Positions 53,811-64,000 of a DNA stretch of 64,000 nt are shown here, piece after piece; within the stretch, counting starts at the first letter, position 1; the number at the start of each line of letters is the position of its first letter. The notes beneath the pieces were generated by a model. It was not told the DNA's origin. It did not search any database and was given only the letters and a program-made list of their open reading frames with translations. This DNA is from Stegostoma tigrinum. Its lineage: Eukaryota. The position numbers were made by a program, and so were the translations under genes. Where the stretch lies: assembly GCF_030684315.1 (NCBI RefSeq), contig NC_081376.1, positions 20,627,018 through 20,691,017 on the forward strand, in the 5' to 3' direction.

Positions 53811-54556
53811 TTTTGTAACCCAGATAAAGACAAACAATTCATCCAAAGACTAAGGTAAAAACTCTGGGCTTTCAACATATCAGATATCAATCTATATCAA
53901 AAATTAAGTCAAAAAGAACAAATTGCAATACACTGCACTCACACTATTTATTCTTAAAGAAATAGACTGTATCTCTTCAGTGTTTTGATACAGCTCCTGT
54001 TATTATTCCAAGGTCAACAGTATTTAATGCTGGCAAAAGTCTATGTGGATGTGGACTACAATAACAATATGTCATTGATAATGTTGTATTAACACATTAT
54101 GAAAGACAGCCAGAGTCAACTGTCACTTCTACAATCCAAAATGTTTCATTTAAAGTGTAATCCACCCCTGAAAGTAACAATACTACAGCATTACAACTGA
54201 ACAGCAGTAATACTTTTCTTATAAAATGTATTAAAAAGCATCCTTTTAGATACATAAACACCAGAAGAATTGCATCCTACAAGATGGCATTACGTACAGA
54301 CATGATCTTCCACCCCAATGTGCCATATTACAGATAAGTGCATCTGGTTTGTCACTGAAACACATTTTTGTTCCAGCCTTATTCAGAAGAAGAAATAACA
54401 TGATTGTTATAGACTGCTATTTAAAATAAACTTTATACAAAAACACTTAACAATCATTGCGCCAAGGTATTCATGATATTACAGTGATTGTACTGTATAG
54501 AGGATAAGAATACAGTAAAAGCCATGCATAAAATGAGCACAATGTCATGACTTTTG

Positions 54557-54879
54557 TCAATCAAGTGCTGAAAGCAGGTCAGCTACACTGCCCACGTAGT
54601 AGCTGGGAACCAGCTTGTGGTGGTCAGGGGAGTCGCTTTCCAGATATGCCATTGCCTCTTCTAGTTTGGAAATGCCAGTTAGAGTTAGGATGGTGCGGAG
54701 GCCACAATTGTACCCCATGACGATGTCAGTGTCCAGCCTGTCTCCCACCATTACTGTCCTGCTTGGATCAATGCCATGCTCTTTCACCATACAATCAAAC
54801 ATGAAAGCATTGGGTTTGCCGATGACATGAGCAGTGCGATTTGTTGCTGCTTCAACTGCCTTCACCAAGCAGCCTGTGC
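54557..54879 (-). CDS. PGP: Phosphoglycolate/glycerol-3-phosphate phosphatase exon 2
   Basis: (G)TGCLVKAVEAATNRTAHVIGKPNAFMFDC...VMVGDRLDTDIVMG...ILTLTGIS...ADLLSALD* contains HAD motifs III and IV; tcacag acceptor; minus-strand AATAAA at 53947-53952. Confidence 0.95.
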
Positions 54880-56043
54880 CTGTGAAGATACAAAAGGAGG
54901 GAACAGGATTAGTGTCAAGGTATCCTAATCATGTATCTCACCAGTCCATGGTTAATAGGAAAATGCCGGAAACATTGGAGCTGATGTTAGCAGTATTAAT
55001 ACAAAGTTGCTGGGACATTTAGATAGAAAAACAAACTGTTCCCCCAGTCCCACCCATGAACTGATTTGAACAAAACTTTAATATATGGAAAAGGCTCAGC
55101 AAATTAATATTTCCAACATAATTGTTCTTTTGTGTTAATATAAGCATTTTGCGCTGTAGGATACTTAAGGAGGTCCTGCTCTGTTCATTTTACTTATTCC
55201 TCCATGGCTGTTTTCTGATACAAATACAGTACTTTATGAGCATATGGGAAAGATGCACACTGCACTAGCTTCTCCTCAGGCATCAGAACTAAATTATTTA
55301 GAAGTGACTTGATCAAGGGTACAGGTACAGTTAAAGTTTGTGAATGGATCGAAGAGGAACTTTCCAGATTATTTTTCTGTTATAAGTCTGAGTTCTATAT
55401 TTTGCTTCTTCCGAGAAACTAAATAGCGGCAGGGTTGGGGATAAGAAATGCCTTATAATTTATGTTACAGCCATGAGTTTAGGGCACTCTTGAAGAAGAG
55501 CGGGTCCTTTCCTGTCTGTTAATTTCACAGTATATCAATCTACAGTCCCAAACTCTACTAACAATAGAAACTTCAGGACAATAAACATAGTGAGCAAGTG
55601 CTGACAGGAACCCTCAGCCAAATATCATGCAAACACGGGCCAATTGCAGTTGGATTTCAGTTGACAGTACTGAGAAGAGTCCTGTTGAAAAACAGTAAAG
55701 TAACGCGCTCGCCGCATTTTAATGTCATACTACAGGCATTCAGATGCTGTTGAAACTGGCGAAGCCATTTCATCGTATTGAAATGAGGTCAATTGATTCA
55801 ATAATACAATTTTCACCAGCTAACTAATCGAAACATATAATTTTCCGAACTAATTTGTCACTGTTTCAGAATGAGGATTAGAACCAATAAATTACAGGCT
55901 CCGCTGAAAGTTAATTTCCAAAACATCACTAAGTAATTCGTGCAACAACAGCTTTTTGACTTGTTCACTTCCTGAAATTAAGTCGCCTTGCGCAATCCTA
56001 CATTGGCAACATGATCTCCACCTCGGACCCTGTCGATTCTTAC

Positions 56044-56644
56044 CCGGGACCCCACCTCCCTCCAATGGGAGCAGGGTGTCTGCATTTGTGGCAAGGAAGA
56101 TACAGGAGGGATCCCGCAGGTAGCGGGCGGCCCGGCACAGCTTCATGTAAGTGAAATGCTCATCGAAGCCGATCAGCACGGCGCCCACAGCTGGGTCGAG
56201 GGGTTCGGCCGCCCAAGCCTGCATGGGCCCGGGCCCAGGGGTGAGCTCTGGACCAGGGCTGGAGCCCGAACAGACGATGCCTTGTGCCCCCAGCTCCCCA
56301 CGGAGGGCCGCGCCGCCGATCAGGTAGACGGAGCCTCGCAGCTTGGCTTCCTGCCGTAAATAGAGTGCGGCGCAGGGCGCGGTGCCGTAGACCTGTTCAG
56401 GGCGAGCCTGGAAGCCCAGACCCTGCAGCTTCTCCCCATACATCTGCCTGCTCTTGGTGCTATTGTTGGTCAGGAAGAAGACCCGCTTCCCCCGCTCTTG
56501 CAGCCGGTTAATTAATTGCACGGCCCCGGGAATCGGGGTGTCTCCTTTCCACAGCACCCCATCGCAGTCAAACAACAGCGTATCGACCGAGGCCAGGAAC
56601 TGTGGGCATAGAGCCCCATACAAGTGAATGCAGCTAGCGGCCAT
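56044..56644 (-). CDS. PGP: Phosphoglycolate/glycerol-3-phosphate phosphatase exon 1
   Basis: ATG at 56644 (the ORF track start at 56650 is TTG); HAD motif I LLFDCDGVLW, motif II FLTNNS, cap domain GFDEHFTYMKL..FLATNAD; donor gtaaga; two exons total 924 nt = 307 aa. Synteny with MLST8 and BRICD5 favours PGP over the paralog PDXP. Confidence 0.95.
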
Positions 56645-56689
56645 GATCAAGATGGGAAGGTCGCCTGGAGAGGAACCAGCGAAGATGCC

Positions 56690-57115
56690 ACTCGGGTCCC
56701 GCCCCTGCAGCTATGACCACGCCCAGACCCGATTAGCCACGCCCGCTGTCACCACAACCACGCCCCCGAAATATCAAATCCCGTCCCCAGACACAAGGAC
56801 CGCGCTCCCTGGGGGAGCATGTCCCCGCCCCATCCCACTTCGACCACGTCCCCAGCCGGACAAACCCACGCCCCCACATCCGACAGACACCACGCCCAGA
56901 CTGCGCCGACCGCGTCCCCGCCACTCAGACGCCAAGGCCGCGCCCCAACCTGCCCGTTCCCCACCATCACCCCATCGCGCCTCGCCAGGCTTCCGTTCCG
57001 CACCCGTCGTACCCCGTCCCCGCACTGCCAGCTCGGCTGTTTCCCCCCCCCCCGCTCAGTACCATTCCGCCACCCATTCTTCCTGATTCACACACACACC
57101 CCGCCGGAAACTACA
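56690..57115 (-). promoter_or_regulatory. PGP: PGP CpG-island promoter with Sp/KLF boxes
   Basis: GC-rich and CpG-dense; CCACGCCC at 56717, 56737, 56758, 56866 and 56890, plus CCCCGCC boxes. Confidence 0.75.
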
Positions 57116-58244
57116 TGCAAAATAGAAGTAAAGTATTTGTGTGTGCTGGGGATCTGAAATAAAGATAGAGTGCTGGAGAAACCTAAGAACAGTCACGTCG
57201 GATTCAACGTTAACTTTGCTTCTCACTCCACAGGTGTTGCCAGACCCGCAGACTTTGTCCAGCACTTTTACTTTATCCTTAATTTTTAAACCGCGCCCCC
57301 CGCCAGCATCTCGATTCTGTCGCAAGAGAAATAATTCTCTCAGCAAGTTCGCTGTCAAGCCCCTTCAGAATTTTAAGCGTTTTAGTACTTTTCATTCTTT
57401 TGAGCTCCAATGAATATAGGCCAACCTGCCTTTCCCAAATTTTGTTTTACCACAATCACTGATAGTTTCATAGTTACTAAGATCAGCCGTCTGTAATAAT
57501 TAGTACAAAGACCAAAGACTGCAGCTATCATATTCAAATTGAATAAGAAACTCCAGAGAAACAGACTCTGGCATCTGTCATGTGTTTAAAAGAAAGTAGA
57601 CGAACAGGTGAACGATTTGTTAGAGATAGTAAGAACTACAGATGCTTTCTCCAAAGATGGTGCCAGACCCCGAACTTCATCCTGTGTTTGTTTTTTCTGG
57701 ATCCCATTCTCAGCTAGTTGAGCCGGGGAGGGTTTACAGAGGGGGGAGTCCCAACTGGACTCTTCCCTGGCCCTTCCCCCCGCCCCCCGCCCCCGCCAGG
57801 TCTTGGGGCGTTGTTTGTTCCACTCATCACCGCAGTTCCATCTCGCTGGTACTGCCAGTCCTGGGGAAGGCTCAACGAATCTGAAACGTTAACTCTGATT
57901 TTTCTTCACGGATGCTGCCTGACCTGCTGAGCTTTTTCTGCAACTGTTTTAGTCGCCAGTGCTGTACAGCCCCAGCCCGAAACCTCCACATCAATCTTGG
58001 CAGTAGGCACCCCCACAGAGTTGGTCTCCATGATGCAGGTATTAATCCCAGGGTAATTGTTTATAACACCAAACTACAGTCCGCTAACGTTGCATTTTCA
58101 GCACACTCCACTACCGTAGTGGGATTTGCCCCAGCTTCACTGGGCAGGAAAAAAAACACTGAACAGCCAATTACATAATAAAATCTCATTGATAACTAAG
58201 AATTTCAATTGAATAGATCACATACAAAACAAACACAAGAGCTC

Positions 58245-58360
58245 GGAGACAGTAGGAACTACAGATGCTGGAGAAACTGAAATAACAAGGTGTAGGGCTG
58301 GATGAACACAGCAAACCAAGCAGGAAGGCTGACGTTTCGGGCCTAGACCCTTCTTCAGAA
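58245..58360 (-). mobile_element. Solo Penelope pLTR fragment with hammerhead-like motif
   Basis: gtaggaactacagatgctggagaa...gctggatgaacacagc...gacgtttcgggcctagacccttcttcag (CUGAAGA core variant). Confidence 0.75.
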
Positions 58361-58444
58361 AAATTACAAGAGCTCAGCCTAGAAGACTCCATTTCCATTT
58401 ACTCTCTATTTAATTTTAAATCAAGTTGAAATTGTTGAAGAGAT

Positions 58445-58578
58445 AAACTACATTTCCCAGCGTGCCCTGCTCTGCGCAGCCGCATTGACACGTGTCCTCT
58501 CCACGGCTGGCTCCACCTTTGGCGGCAGGTCGTAAACCGCCATTTTGTGGTCCTTGCGACAAGGGAGAGGAAGTCCTG
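58445..58578 (+). promoter_or_regulatory. Housekeeping-type promoter of the gene divergent from PGP
   Basis: ZNF143/THAP11 motif ACTACATTTCCCAGCGTGC at 58447, TGCGCA, E-box CACGTG, YY1 motif CCGCCATTTT at 58537, ETS motif GGAAGT. Confidence 0.75.
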
Positions 58579-58642
58579 ATGAATTCCGAGAATACGGCAG
58601 AGAGGCAGTCTGTGGTGGCCCCGAGTGGCGTTGGGGAGGAAG
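58579..58642 (+). CDS. E4F1: Probable E4F1 first coding exon (rest of gene not found in window)
   Basis: MNSENTAERQSVVAPSGVGEE(G|gtaacg), phase-1 donor; resembles human E4F1 ..APSG..SEED; assignment rests mainly on synteny (E4F1 is divergent from PGP in human). Confidence 0.55.
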
Positions 58643-59699
58643 GTAACGTGACATCCTGGCTCAGGCTCCAGGACAGGCCCTGACCTTGGCTTCAGCGTTT
58701 CCCTGGGTCACCCGAGGTGGTCAGGCCTTAGTGAAGGGCCAGGGTTAGTCAGGCAAGGCCGGAGGTTAAAGGGTGGTCTGTTAAAGAGGGAACCTCTACG
58801 TCCCATTACCCAGCGTCTCTCAGTAGCACACCCTGAGCGTCTCCATCAAGTCCTTATGCCTTCTTCCTAACCACCTACCTGTCCTTTTTATGCCCAGCTT
58901 GCCTCTCGCAATCTGTGTCCCATGTCTACTCCCCCTTGTACTTTCAATCATCCCCTGACTGCACTGACATGATAAAGTCAGTTTACAAATCCTGAAATGT
59001 GGGCCATTGGCCTTTTAATTTACAGTTGAAATTCCAGTTGCAGTACTTCACACTTGTACCTTTAGAGGCATGTTATTATTTGCACATTTCAGCTCACCAA
59101 ACTTTGTTGTAAATGTTCTATCTCTATAATCAGTTCTGAGGATGGGTCACCAGCCCCTAAATATTAACTGATTTCTCTTCACAGATGCTGCCAGACTGAG
59201 CTTTTCCGGCAATTTCTGGTTTTGGTTCTGATTTACACTATCTGCAGTTCTTTTGGTTTTTATTTATTTATGTTCTATCTCTGTTCTCCTCCCTTCACTC
59301 TGTACCATCTCCTAGGTTTATTGAGTGTTTAAGACTGGTTGCAATCACAGTGGCCACAATCAGCCAGATGTGGATGATGGCATATGATTGTTAGTGAATT
59401 GAAGGCAGAAAACTTCTCAGATCAGATCTACACTATCAACAGTTTCTGCTTACACATTTACAGATTCACTATATGATAGTAAAAGAGGAGAAGAATTAGT
59501 TATAATGCATCTGTGTGGTATTCCTGCCTACAAACTAACTTTTCCTGTCCTGTCAGTTTTTATATTAAAAATGCTAGTACACGTGTGTATAATAGGGACC
59601 ATCACACTGCTGGAGTTACTGTATTTTGGATGAGATGTTACACCATGGCTCCATGTTTGGATGAATGTGTAAGTGCCCATTAGCACAAATAATACTGAA

Positions 59700-61100
59700 G
59701 ATGTATGTTCCAGTTGTATCTGTATAGCTACAACACTGGCATCTATCCAACAATGTGGAAAATTGACCAGGTGTGTCTTTTACATGAAAATATAGGACAA
59801 ATCCAACCTGGACGGCTCTATTGGCACAGTGATCATGTCCCTATTACTAGATCAGGAGGCCTGGGTTCAAGTCGTGCCTTCAGTGGTGTGTAATAATGTC
59901 TCTGAACCGGTTGATTAGAAAATATCGACAAAGCCAACCTGACAACTTCGTACTCCCATCAGCGAAGGGATCATCAATAGTGCTATGAAGCATTTGTCTC
60001 GCAATGACCTGCACACATGCTTGGTTTGGGTTTCATCAAGGGCACTCGGCCCCTTACTTTATTATAGCCTTGATTCAAACACTAAAGAGCTGAAATCCAG
60101 AGGGTAGGTGAGACACACTGCTCTTCACGTCAAAGCTGTATTTGACAATGTAGCAACAGGCACCCCACTAAAACTCAAGTAAATGGGAATTGAGAGGAAA
60201 CCTCTGGAGTCATACCTGGCACAAAGGAAGATGTTTGCGGTTGTTGTAGGTCAGCCGTCTCAACTCCAGGACAACATAGGAATTCTGCGGGCTGGATATT
60301 TTTGAATCACCCTGTTCAGAGATGTTGTCACACACTTCGTACTCCCATCAGCGAAGGGATCATCAATAGTGCTATGAAGCATTTGTCTCGCAATGACCTG
60401 CACACATGATTTGAACCTGTGTCTCCTGGCTCAGACATAGGAATAGTACCACTGCCGCAAGAGCCCTAGATCCACTTGCCTTCGGCAATGACCGTCATAA
60501 AGTTGGAAGTTGAGACTTTTGCTGCTGATTCCTAAATGCTCAGCAACATTTGTGGTTGTTATGTACAAATGCAGCAAGATCTGAACAATATCTAGGTTCG
60601 AGCTGACCTGTAACTTTGATGACACAAATGTGCCAGGCCATAATCATCTCCATTAAGAGAGAATCTAACCATTACCCTTTCATATTGAATGATATTACTA
60701 AAATTGAATCCTCCATTATCAGCATCATTAATTAAAGGCTGATATGGACCAGGGATATAAATGATATGGCAACAAGAGCCCTCACAGGTTCAAAATGAGG
60801 CAGCTAGTAACTAACCAGCTGAAGCCCCAATAGTTTTGTCCACCATCTGCAAGGCAAAAGTCAGCAGTGTGATGGAGTACTCTCTGATACAAGTCGCGAT
60901 AAGTGGCAGCTTGTAAACCTTTCACTGCACTGATGTGAGTACATGTGACAATGAAGCTAATTCAATTCAATTCAATTCAACTCAAAACATCCCTGGATGA
61001 ATATGCACCAATAGCACTTAAAACGTGACACCATCCAGGACAAAGCAGCCTGCTTGACTGGTGCCACAATCTCTCCTCCACAAATGCTCATTAGCAGTAG
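59700..61100 (+). mobile_element. Decayed LINE (same family as 38215-39500) with two nested short tRNA-like SINEs
   Basis: LYSYNTGIYPTMWKIDQVC matches the 39155 copy; SINE at 59811-59926 (+) flanked by TSD gacaaa(t/g)ccaacctg; inverted copy at ~60295-60467. Confidence 0.7.
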
Positions 61101-61764
61101 TGCGCATTTGCCAAGTGAGCGATGGCTGTGGACAAAAGGATTCTTTTTAGCTTTGCAAATGGTGAAAATGCAGTGGATCCAGCAGGTGGAAAGGGAGACT
61201 TTATAAATATCTTGTGTAAATTTCAAACCTGAAGACACAACTCCTGGGCCCCCATTTGCAGCAAATGACTTGACAGCTCATAGAATAGAATAGAATCAAG
61301 CTATAGGCTTCTGCCCAAGGACAGGCCTTGGGGGCTGTCTGTCATTTTTATTGGGGGCACTGGACATGGGGTGCAAGCGTGGATGCCATTTTTGTAAGGG
61401 GTAGTGTTTGGAAAGACTGGTAAGAGTTGCTGTCCATTGTTCAGAATGGAGACAACTTGTACATCAAGTTGCATTAGCCTTTCATATTCCATGTCTTATT
61501 GATGAAGCTGAGCAGCAGCAGATGAGGAAAGGAAAGGAAGCAAATCTTAATATCCAGATCCCATTACCTCATGAGACAACCTACCCTATGTGTCCAAAAA
61601 TCTGGTCAGTCACATGAAGACCCAGGGCAGTTTCTCACAATCTGATTAGACGTCACTATTGAATCAAAGAACTGCCAATCACATTGAGGGGCAATATTTA
61701 GCTGAGAGAATGTATGTGGTTCACTGAGCCAGGAGGAGACGGTATTGTGAATTTCTAAAATAAA

Positions 61765-62040
61765 ACACTGGCTCACCGGCTAGCATTGCTGCCTCTCTGC
61801 ACCAGGGACCCGGGTTAAATTTCCCCTTTGGGTGACTGTGTGGAGGTTTGCACATTCTGTCCGTGTTTGCGTCGGTTACTTTGGGTGCTCTGGTTTCTCC
61901 TCCCACAGTCCAAAGATGTGCGGGTAAGGTGGATTAACCATGGGAATTGCAAGGTTACAGGGATATGGCTTGGGGATTAGTTTGGGTGTGGATTCAAAGG
62001 GCTGAATGTCCTGATTTCACACTGTAGCAATTCTATGTTT
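61765..62040 (+). mobile_element. Degenerate HE1-type SINE
   Basis: accagggacccgggtt...tttgcacattct...ggtttctcctcccacagtccaaagatgtgc. Confidence 0.8.
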
Positions 62041-64000
62041 CTGTGACACAATCTACAAGATGCACTGCAGAAATTCACCAAGTCTCTTTAGAAAGCACTG
62101 TCACTATCATGAAGGACAAGGCCATCAGATATTTGGGAACATCATCAGCAGGTTTTCCTCTAAGCCATGCACTTTCCTATTGCTGTACCTTCAGCGTCAT
62201 TGGGTCAAAATCCGGGAACTCCTTTTCTAAAAGCTTTGTTGCTCTGCCTACACCAAGTAGACTGTTGCTGTTTAAGAAAAGGGCAGATAGGGATGCACAA
62301 TAAATACTGGTCTGGCCAGCAATGGCCACTTCACACAAATGAAATTAAAAAAAACCTATAAAGAACAGTTGAGTGATCCCAGGCATCCTGGTGATTATTT
62401 GATGAATATTTCAAAAACATTATCTGGTCCTTATCACTGCTTTTTATGGGAGTTTGAGTGTAAATTGGTTGGTATGTTACAACAGTTCTACATTTCGTAA
62501 AGTAATTCTCTGGCAGTAAAGTGCTTTGAACATCCAGAAAAGCTTGTTATAAAGTCAAGTCTGTGTTTAAATAAAAACTGCCGAAATACTTGTTATTCTA
62601 TAACTATATTGTGCTCCCAGCAGTGGAGCTAGAGAACCTTAGTCAAACTTCTGCTCCTTAAACATCGCAGATGCCCAACATTTTAATATTTAATCACATT
62701 CACTGCAAATCGAACAAAAATAATATATCAATAATCGCTTGGTAGTACAAAGCTTAAGAATTTCTATAAATGTTGCAATTGGTTAAAGCATTTCACTGTG
62801 AGTGGATTAGGATAATTCACAATAATTACTAAAGTCAAGGGAAAATGTATCAGAGGAGAGTTCTGATTGGTTGGCTACTGGACTGTGATTGCTAGGGATT
62901 TGCCGTGGAAAATGCGCCAGATAATAATGGCTGACAGTTAACTGTCAAACTTTGTTTAAATTGTTACCCAGACAGATTGACTTGGCTTGGTCCAGCATTG
63001 CTACTGAAAAGTGAAGCAGAGGATGGCTATCACCTATTTTGTTGTGTTGAAATAAGTACAGGGTGTACATGTTCTCTTTGCAAAGTATATGCAAAATGCC
63101 ACAATTAATTGGCACATTATCCATTGCAATGCCTCTACCAATAAGTAGTCCACTTGCCTACTAATAAGGAGTCTCCCCTTATACAGTGTAGTTATTGTTC
63201 CTCCCTTACATTGGTAATTCTTGTGAATTGTCCTGATCAGTTCAAGATGAAAATCCTTACACAATGTTTCTTTTAGCTATATTGTATTAAGATTGAGAAA
63301 AACGTATGATTTTAAAATGAGGATGGAAATGCACTACATACATATGCATTAGAAGGAAGATAGGCCACTGGGGCCCCTCAACCCTGCTTTGCCATTCAAA
63401 AAGATAATGGCTGCAAATCACTCCACATTCTCGTCTACTCTGACAGACTTTCACCCCTGTGGTTGTTGAGAATATTATCAGCTTCTATCTTTAAAAAAAA
63501 ATCAATGACTCTGTTTCTGCCAGCTATTGAAGAAGAAAATTCCAAAGATTTAAAGTGGATACTGTGGCCAAATTGTCCCAACACTCTCACCTGAAAACCT
63601 TACTTAATCTTGAATCCTTGAATGCAAAGAAAGAATCAGGAAGTTTCAGTTAATTATGGTGTAGAGATGAGCCATACAATAATTTGGAAATTGTTATTCA
63701 TTCAGAAGGTGACTGACTTCAAATAGTGTTTATAACTAGAAAGTAAGACGAAACTTAACTGTAACATTTGGCTCGTAGCTTAAACTGTGATTGGGTCAAT
63801 CAAATGTTGATTTAACAGTAATTCAACTTTGTGGCTTTGAAGAGACACCTTTCCAGCACAACATTTATCTTTATAGTATAATCCTGTCTGCATGTATCAA
63901 CTAACCTCACTTGAGCAGTTCAGTGGCTGGGGCGATGAATATATATAAAAGTTTGAATTCATCGTTCTGGCTCAAAAATTCATTTTTTTTCTAAACAAAA

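Noticed and set aside
55892-56043. C-terminal extension of the 252-aa PGP ORF (KNRQGPRW...)
   Set aside because: Read-through into the intron past the gtaaga donor at 56043; exon 2 supplies the HAD III/IV motifs
56628-57157. Pro/Arg-rich ORFs upstream of PGP
   Set aside because: Expected from stop-poor GC-rich promoter sequence

Overview
Vertebrate nuclear DNA, most likely from a shark or other elasmobranch (inferred from HE1-type SINEs, CR1/HER1-type LINEs and Deu-domain SINEs). Three complete intron-containing genes can be assembled by hand. MLST8 (+ strand, 8 coding exons, 16303-41014, 326 aa) has a probable U12-type minor intron. BRICD5 (- strand, 6 coding exons, 49891-42899, 225 aa) is mostly invisible in the ORF track. 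PGP (- strand, 2 exons, 56644-54557, 307 aa) is followed by the probable first exon of a divergent E4F1 (58579-58642). This is the same MLST8-BRICD5-PGP-E4F1 order as human 16p13.3. The most unusual content is a set of Neptune-type Penelope-like retroelements (RT + GIY-YIG) in MLST8 introns. Three are tail-out palindromes with 14-15 bp target-site duplications; in each, one arm keeps a ~40-nt terminal tail and the other lacks it. Their pLTRs carry a minimal hammerhead-ribozyme-like motif that recurs about a dozen times in the window. The remainder is decayed LINE, SINE and Harbinger material. Exon coordinates were read by eye and checked for phase; repeat boundaries are approximate.
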